Assembly: GCF_000017845.1 (NCBI RefSeq)
Contig: NC_010546.1
Location: forward strand, 4,470,001 to 4,502,000
DNA: 32,000 nt
Reading direction: 5' to 3'
Source: Crocosphaera subtropica ATCC 51142
GTDB lineage: Bacteria; Cyanobacteriota; Cyanobacteriia; Cyanobacteriales; Microcystaceae
Numbering within the stretch: the first letter of the stretch is position 1; the number at the start of each line of letters is the position of its first letter. A program made the translations under genes and the position numbers. The notes beneath the pieces are model-generated. The model did not search any database. It was given only the letters and a program-made list of their open reading frames with translations, and was not told the DNA's origin. Positions 26,454 to 32,000 of this stretch are shown piece by piece.

Positions 26454-28724
26454 ATGGGTTCTTTGGGTGAAGATGCGCTGGAGTATCATCGTTCGGGTCG
26501 TCCTGGTAAACTGGAGGTAAATGGGACAAAACCATTTATTACCCAGAGGGATCTTTCTTTAGCCTATACCCCTGGTGTAGCCGAACCCTGTCGTCACATT
26601 CATCAAGATTCTGAACAGGTTTATGATTATACAACGAAAGGAAACTTAGTGGCAGTCGCTACTAATGGGACAGCGGTTTTAGGGTTAGGCAATATTGGAC
26701 CGTTAGCTGGAAAACCAGTAATGGAAGGGAAAGCAATTTTATTTAAACGGTTTGCAGATATTGATGTTTTTGACCTAGAAATTGATGCTTATGATCCCGA
26801 CCAATTTATTGCAACTGTTAAAAGTTTAGAACCTACGTTTGGGGGAATTAATTTAGAAGATATTAAAGCACCGGATAGTTTTTATATCGAAGAAACCCTC
26901 AAAAAAACGATGAAAATCCCTGTTTTCCATGACGATCAACATGGGACTGCTATTATTACATCTGCTGCTTTATTAAATGCCTTAAAAGTTGCCAAAAAAT
27001 CCATTGAAACGGTTAAAGTCGTTTATTGTGGTGCCGGGGCTGCGGCCATTGCTTGTGCGAAACTTCATCTAACGCTAGGAGTACGCCCTGAGCATTTAAT
27101 TATGTGTGATAGAAAAGGGGTTATTTATGAGGGAAGAAAAGAAGATATGAACCCTTATAAAGCCCTATTTGCTTCTACCACCAAAGCCAGAACCTTAGAA
27201 GAAGCAGTCAAGGATGCTGATGTGTTTATTGGACTATCGGTTAAGGGGGCTTTATCTGTTTCTATGTTGCAATCAATGGCTGAGAATCCGATTGTTTTTG
27301 CTTTAGCCAATCCTGATCCTGAAATTGAATACGATGAAGCAAAAAATGCTCGTTTTGATGTCATTATGGCTACAGGAAGATCAGATTATCCCAATCAAGT
27401 TAATAATGTTTTAGGGTTTCCATTTATTTTTAGAGGGGCTTTAGATGTACGAGCCACAGATATTAATGAAACCATGAAAATTGCTGCAGTTAAAGCTTTA
27501 GCAAAACTAGCCCACGAAGAAGTTTCTTATACTGTTTTACGAGCTTATGGATTAAAAGAGCTTAGTTTTGGGCGAGATTATTTAATTCCTAAACCGTTTG
27601 ATCATCGAGTTTTGTTTTGGGTAGCTCCTGCGGTTGCTCAAGCAGCAATAGACACCCAAGTTGCTAAAAAATCCCTCAATTTAGATAATTATAAAGAATC
27701 CTTAGAACAACGCATGGGAATCTCAAAAGAGATTATTCGTCACAGCATTCAAAAAGCAAAAACTAATCCTAAGTCTATTGTTTTTCCAGAAGGAGATAAC
27801 CCGAAAATATTAAAAGCTTGTCAAATTTTAATCGAGGAAAGAATCGCCCAACCTATTCTTATTGGTTCCGTCGACAAAATCAAACAAAAAATAACAGAGT
27901 TGGGCTTAGAGTTAGACAATGTTCCTATTATTGATCCTTTAAATTTTAGTGAACGGGATTACTATATTCAAGAATTATTTGCCCTGCGTCAACGTAAAGG
28001 AATGACTCTAACTCAAGCGAAACAAAGTGTTCTTGATCCCACTATTTTTGCTTTATTAATAGTACAGTTAGGGCAAGCTGATGGGATGGTTGCAGGAGTC
28101 AGTCAAGCATATCCTAGTATTTTGAGATCAGCCTTACAAATTATCGGAACTAAAGCAGAGGTTAACTGCGCTTCTGGTGTCTATTTAATGTTATTTAAAC
28201 ATCGGGTTTATTTCTTTGCAGATACCACTGTTAATATTGAACCCACTGCCGAAATTTTAGCGGATATTGCCCTAGAAAGTGCCACCTTAGCCAAAAGATT
28301 AGATATTGTTCCTCGCATTGCCATGCTGTCTTTTTCTAACTTTGGTAGTGTCAAACATCCCTTGTGCGATCGCGTCAAAAATGCTGTTCAATTAGTCAAA
28401 ATGAGACAACCCGATTTAATCATTGATGGAGAAATGCAAGCAGATACGGCAGTCAATCCTACTTTAGTCGCAGAACATTATCCTTTTAGCGAAATAAAAG
28501 GAAATGCTAATATTTTGATTTTTCCTGATTTACAATCGGGAAATATTGCTTATAAATTACTCCATGAATTAGGAGGCGCAGAGGCTATTGGACCAATTCT
28601 ATTAGGAATGAAAAAGCCAATTCATATCCTACAAAGAGGCTGTCAAATTAATACGATTGTTAATATGTCTGCTATTGCTGTGTTAGATGCCCAAGACTTA
28701 GAAAATCATTCCTATGCTAATTAA
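26454..28724 (+). CDS. maeB: NADP-dependent malic enzyme, MaeB-type (malic enzyme + phosphate acetyltransferase-like domain)
   Basis: The N-terminal malic enzyme domain has [33 protein letters not shown] and [10 protein letters not shown]. The C-terminal roughly 330 aa are PTA/PTB-like. ATG 26454 has GGGAG 8 nt upstream. Confidence 0.9.
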   Translation: MGSLGEDALEYHRSGRPGKLEVNGTKPFITQRDLSLAYTPGVAEPCRHIHQDSEQVYDYTTKGNLVAVATNGTAVLGLGNIGPLAGKPVMEGKAILFKRFADIDVFDLEIDAYDPDQFIATVKSLEPTFGGINLEDIKAPDSFYIEETLKKTMKIPVFHDDQHGTAIITSAALLNALKVAKKSIETVKVVYCGAGAAAIACAKLHLTLGVRPEHLIMCDRKGVIYEGRKEDMNPYKALFASTTKARTLEEAVKDADVFIGLSVKGALSVSMLQSMAENPIVFALANPDPEIEYDEAKNARFDVIMATGRSDYPNQVNNVLGFPFIFRGALDVRATDINETMKIAAVKALAKLAHEEVSYTVLRAYGLKELSFGRDYLIPKPFDHRVLFWVAPAVAQAAIDTQVAKKSLNLDNYKESLEQRMGISKEIIRHSIQKAKTNPKSIVFPEGDNPKILKACQILIEERIAQPILIGSVDKIKQKITELGLELDNVPIIDPLNFSERDYYIQELFALRQRKGMTLTQAKQSVLDPTIFALLIVQLGQADGMVAGVSQAYPSILRSALQIIGTKAEVNCASGVYLMLFKHRVYFFADTTVNIEPTAEILADIALESATLAKRLDIVPRIAMLSFSNFGSVKHPLCDRVKNAVQLVKMRQPDLIIDGEMQADTAVNPTLVAEHYPFSEIKGNANILIFPDLQSGNIAYKLLHELGGAEAIGPILLGMKKPIHILQRGCQINTIVNMSAIAVLDAQDLENHSYAN

Positions 28725-28838
28725 TTGACTGTTGTCTATTCTCCATTGCCTTAAAAAAATAGATTGAAATAACTGTTTTGAGTCGATATACTAAAGATCA
28801 TTTTAAAAATTTGCTTCCGTTACTAGAAACTGTTGTCA

Positions 28839-29930
28839 ATGCAATCTACTCCTAACCCTAATTTACTTTCATCTCTTCCTGAAGCCTTAACGAAGCTGGC
28901 TTATCAAGGATTTCAACAAAGTAAAAGTGTATTTAGCTTAGCACATAAAACTATCAGCGATCGCTTGACAGATACCATCGTTCCCAGTCGTCAAAATATA
29001 ACTACTTCCCTGTCTCCAGAGTTATTATTAGAGTTACAAAAAAGACGAAATGAACTGTGTGAAATCGACTGGCAAGATGCCCAAAAAGGCGTTTATCCTG
29101 TGGACATTTTATTTGATAGTTTGTTACCTGATTTCTTGCGTTATTATCCTGAAGTTTGGCTAGACTTACCCAAAATTTGGGCAAGATTACAACAAAAAGA
29201 ATATCAAACCTTTGCAAAGGATATCGAAAAAGAAGGCTATCCCCGTTACTATTTACAAAATTTTCATTATCAAACCGATGGTTATCTCAGTGATTCATCG
29301 GCGCATCTCTACGACTTACAAGTAGACATTCTTTTTAATGGAGTCGCTGATAGTATGCGTCGCCGTATTCTTGCCCCTTTAAAAGAGGGTTTAAAGACAT
29401 TTTCCTCTGTTCAACCTTATCACATTAAAGTGTTAGACGTAGCTTGTGGTACCGGACGCACCTTAAAAAATATTCGTGCTACCCTTCCCAAAGCATCTTT
29501 ATTCGGGGTTGACTTATCCCCTGCTTATCTAAGAAAAGCCAATCAACTCCTATCAGAAAATCCCAAGGAACTCCCTCAACTGACCCACGCTAATGCAGAA
29601 GATTTACCCCATCCGGATAACTTTTTTCATGGGTTAAGCTGTGTATTTCTTTTCCATGAGTTGCCTGGGTTTGCCCGTCAGGAAGTGATTAATCAGTGTT
29701 TTCGGGTGACAAAACCAGGAGGAACGTTTATTATTTGCGATTCAATGCAGTTATCAGATTCGCCTGAGTTTGAAGTGATGATGAACAATTTTTCTGCTAT
29801 GTTTCATGAACCCTATTATCAAGATTATATTAGGGATAACTTAGGAGAAAGGTTAGAAAAAGCAGGATTTGAACTGATCGAAACTCAACTGCATTTTGTG
29901 AGTAAATATTGGATTGCTCGTAAACATTAG
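28839..29930 (+). CDS. class I SAM-dependent methyltransferase
   Basis: It has motif I VLDVACGTGR and post-I/II blocks (GVDLSPAYL, FLFHELPG, KPGGTFII). The substrate is unknown. Confidence 0.75.
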   Translation: MQSTPNPNLLSSLPEALTKLAYQGFQQSKSVFSLAHKTISDRLTDTIVPSRQNITTSLSPELLLELQKRRNELCEIDWQDAQKGVYPVDILFDSLLPDFLRYYPEVWLDLPKIWARLQQKEYQTFAKDIEKEGYPRYYLQNFHYQTDGYLSDSSAHLYDLQVDILFNGVADSMRRRILAPLKEGLKTFSSVQPYHIKVLDVACGTGRTLKNIRATLPKASLFGVDLSPAYLRKANQLLSENPKELPQLTHANAEDLPHPDNFFHGLSCVFLFHELPGFARQEVINQCFRVTKPGGTFIICDSMQLSDSPEFEVMMNNFSAMFHEPYYQDYIRDNLGERLEKAGFELIETQLHFVSKYWIARKH

Positions 29931-29996
29931 TAAATTGGTGTTGACTAAATTCTAATCCCCTGTTTTTAAGCAGGGGTCAATCTATATTTCACTACG

Positions 29997-30066
29997 CAGC
30001 GTTCAGCTATCAGCCATCAGCTATATTCTTAGCGATCCTAACTGCTGAACGCTGACTGTTTTTTAT
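29997..30066 (+). terminator. long hairpin plus T-run downstream of the methyltransferase gene, enclosing a heptamer repeat
   Basis: cagcgttcagc (29997-30007) and gctgaacgctg (30044-30054) form an 11-bp perfect stem. It is followed by actgtttttt. The loop contains cagctat cagccat cagctat (30004-30024). Confidence 0.5.
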
Positions 30067-30228
30067 ACTTTTAATTCCGCCTACCTACTTACTTCTGTTA
30101 TTAAGTTTATTTGTTCTGGTGCAAGATGCCAGTATGGCAATCAAATTCACTATACATTTAATAGTCACTTTGTCAAGGAAAAAATAAATAATTTTTGTAA
30201 ATATATATTTGAGTAAATACTCAGTCAA

Positions 30229-30246
30229 TTTGTCAATATTTGTAAC
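30229..30246 (-). promoter_or_regulatory. HLR1-like direct repeat (candidate RpaB-type site) upstream of chlH
   Basis: The reverse complement GTTACAAA-TA-TTGACAAA matches (G/T)TTACA(T/A)(T/A)-N2-(G/T)TTACA(T/A)(T/A) at 15/16 positions. It lies about 185 nt upstream of the chlH ATG. Confidence 0.4.
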
Positions 30247-30428
30247 AAAATGTGTCATGTTTCTTTGCAAAATGTGTCAAATCATCGAGTAAACACTCCA
30301 TTTGGCCTCATTTTCTGATACAAACACAAAGGAGTGTTATTTGATTTGGGGGCCTAACGTTCTCCTTGGATGTTGCAGTGTTCCCAACTTATTTAGACCA
30401 TCATAAAAACAAAGGAGCCTTATCATAT

Positions 30429-32000
30429 ATGTTTACCCATGTCAAGTCCACCATTCGCCATATCGTTCCAGAGGCAACCAATGGTCGTTCTTTGCTAAAG
30501 GTGGTCTATGTGGTGTTAGAACCTCAGTATCAAAGTTCCCTTTCGGCGGCCGTTAAAGCCATTAACAAGAATAATCCTAAGTTAGCCATTGAAATCAGTG
30601 GTTATTTAATAGAAGAACTTAGAAACCCAGAAAATTACGAAGAATTTAAACGAGATGTAGCAGAAGCCAACTTATTTATTGCTTCTTTAATTTTCATTGA
30701 AGACTTAGCGGATAAAGTGGTCGAAGCGGTTCAACTTCACCGTGATAATCTAGATGCGGTGGTGGTATTCCCTTCCATGCCCCAAGTCATGCGCTTAAAT
30801 AAGTTGGGTAGCTTTTCCATGGCCCAGTTGGGACAGTCCAAAAGTGCGATCGCTCAATTTATGCGCAAACGCAAAGAAAATTCTGGGGCGAGTTTCCAGG
30901 ATGCGATGCTAAAGTTATTGCGGACACTGCCTCAAGTGTTGAAGTATCTTCCCGTTGAAAAAGCGCAAGATGCTCGCAATTTTATGTTAAGTTTCCAATA
31001 CTGGTTAGGGGGTTCTTCTGAGAACTTAGAGAACTTCTTAGTCATGTTAGCCCATAAGTATTCCTATCCTGAGTTATTTGGGGATAAACAGGTTGACTAC
31101 AAAGAACCGATCGTTTACCCTGACATGGGTATCTGGCATCCTTTATCGATGAAAATGTTTGAGGATGTGCCTTCTTATATGGAGTGGTACAACAGTCGTC
31201 GAGATATTTCCGATGACTTAAAAGATCCTTTGGCCCCTTGTATCGGACTCATTTTACAACGAACTCACCTTGTCACTGGAGATGATGCTCATTACGTCGC
31301 TATGGTGCAAGAATTAGAATGTATGGGTGCAAAAGTTATCCCTGTGTTTGCGGGGGGGTTAGACTTTTCTAAACCCGTAGAAGCTTATTTCTGGAAAGGG
31401 GATAAAGAAAGAGTTGCTATTGTGGATACTGTCGTATCATTGACAGGGTTTGCCTTAGTGGGAGGTCCAGCGCGTCAGGATCATCCTAAAGCGATAGACT
31501 CATTAAAACGCCTCAACCGTCCCTATATGTGTGCGTTACCTTTGGTCTTTCAAACCACCCAAGAATGGGAAGAAAGCGATCTCGGGTTACATCCTATTCA
31601 GGTTGCTCTACAAATAGCCATCCCTGAATTAGACGGGGCCATCGAACCTATTATACTCTCAGGACGAGACGGAAGCACAGGACGGGCGATCGCACTTCAA
31701 GATCGCATCGAAGCCGTGGCCCAGCGTGCCATGAAATGGGCTACTTTAAGAAAGAAACCGAAACTCGATAAAAAAGTGGCTATTACCGTGTTTAGTTTCC
31801 CTCCCGATAAAGGAAATGTGGGAACCGCCGCCTATTTAGACGTATTTGGGTCTATTTATGAAGTTCTTAAAGCCTTACAAGGAAATGGCTACGATGTCCA
31901 GGATATTCCTGAGTCTCCTAAAGAACTCATGGAAGCGGTTATACACGACGCACAAGCACAATATGCCTCTCCTGAGTTAAATATAGCCCATCGGATGTCT
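30429..32000 (+). CDS. chlH: magnesium chelatase subunit H (ChlH), 5' part; it runs off the window end
   Basis: The frame is open from ATG 30429 to the window end and is absent from the ORF track because it has no stop. It reads MFTHVKSTIRHIVPEATNGRSLLKVVYVVLEPQYQSSLSAAVKAIN...LFIASLIFIEDLADKVVEAV...PDKGNVGTAAYLDVF, which closely resembles cyanobacterial ChlH. Confidence 0.9.
   Translation, partial: MFTHVKSTIRHIVPEATNGRSLLKVVYVVLEPQYQSSLSAAVKAINKNNPKLAIEISGYLIEELRNPENYEEFKRDVAEANLFIASLIFIEDLADKVVEAVQLHRDNLDAVVVFPSMPQVMRLNKLGSFSMAQLGQSKSAIAQFMRKRKENSGASFQDAMLKLLRTLPQVLKYLPVEKAQDARNFMLSFQYWLGGSSENLENFLVMLAHKYSYPELFGDKQVDYKEPIVYPDMGIWHPLSMKMFEDVPSYMEWYNSRRDISDDLKDPLAPCIGLILQRTHLVTGDDAHYVAMVQELECMGAKVIPVFAGGLDFSKPVEAYFWKGDKERVAIVDTVVSLTGFALVGGPARQDHPKAIDSLKRLNRPYMCALPLVFQTTQEWEESDLGLHPIQVALQIAIPELDGAIEPIILSGRDGSTGRAIALQDRIEAVAQRAMKWATLRKKPKLDKKVAITVFSFPPDKGNVGTAAYLDVFGSIYEVLKALQGNGYDVQDIPESPKELMEAVIHDAQAQYASPELNIAHRMS

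Noticed and set aside
27155-30270. ORFs at 27155-27364 (-), 29002-29217 (-) and 30085-30270 (-).
   Set aside because: The first two are antisense within maeB and the methyltransferase gene. The third lies in the AT-rich chlH upstream region, is Ile/Lys/Asn/Leu-rich as expected from AT-rich non-coding DNA, and overlaps the repeat motifs.
1-32000. CRISPR arrays, reverse transcriptase/retron or DGR modules, and phage or integrase genes.
   Set aside because: There are no regularly spaced 25-40-bp repeats and no RT, integrase or Cas-like ORFs in any frame of the ORF track.

Overview
This is a chromosomal segment from a low-GC cyanobacterium. The evidence is at least 19 perfect HIP1 octamers (GCGATCGC), heptamer tandem repeats, and cyanobacterial-type glsF, chlH and DUF2949 genes. 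It looks like a Cyanothece/Crocosphaera-type chroococcalean, but that assignment is inference only. Most of the window (about 6.7-32 kb) is ordinary housekeeping DNA: rsmE, an FAD-oxidoreductase::SelD fusion, a CrtI/CrtISO-family oxidoreductase, a DUF2079 membrane protein, gcvT, bioB-bioY-lspA, ferredoxin-dependent glutamate synthase, purH, a MaeB-type malic enzyme, a SAM methyltransferase and the 5' part of chlH. The accessory content has three parts. (i) A decayed patch at 1-3.7 kb holds a radical-SAM fragment, a Uma2 remnant, an RTX calcium-binding protein, a 5'-truncated Uma2 gene and a degenerate IS630-family element. (ii) A YqiJ/NfeD-like plus flotillin (YqiK-like) operon. (iii) A HepT/MntA toxin-antitoxin pair. 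I found no CRISPR array, tRNA or rRNA gene, and no convincing novel multi-gene system. The least explained features are two short, very GC-rich perfect-hairpin insertions (about 29 nt and 49 nt). They break the IS630 transposase frame in an otherwise AT-rich gene. There is also a 43-bp hairpin unit flanked by 13-bp direct repeats at the IS edge. Candidate regulatory motifs are an HLR1-like repeat upstream of chlH, a Fur-box-like site upstream of maeB, and a 20-bp perfect palindrome upstream of the DUF2079 gene. All family assignments rest on reading motifs in the translations, since no database search was possible.
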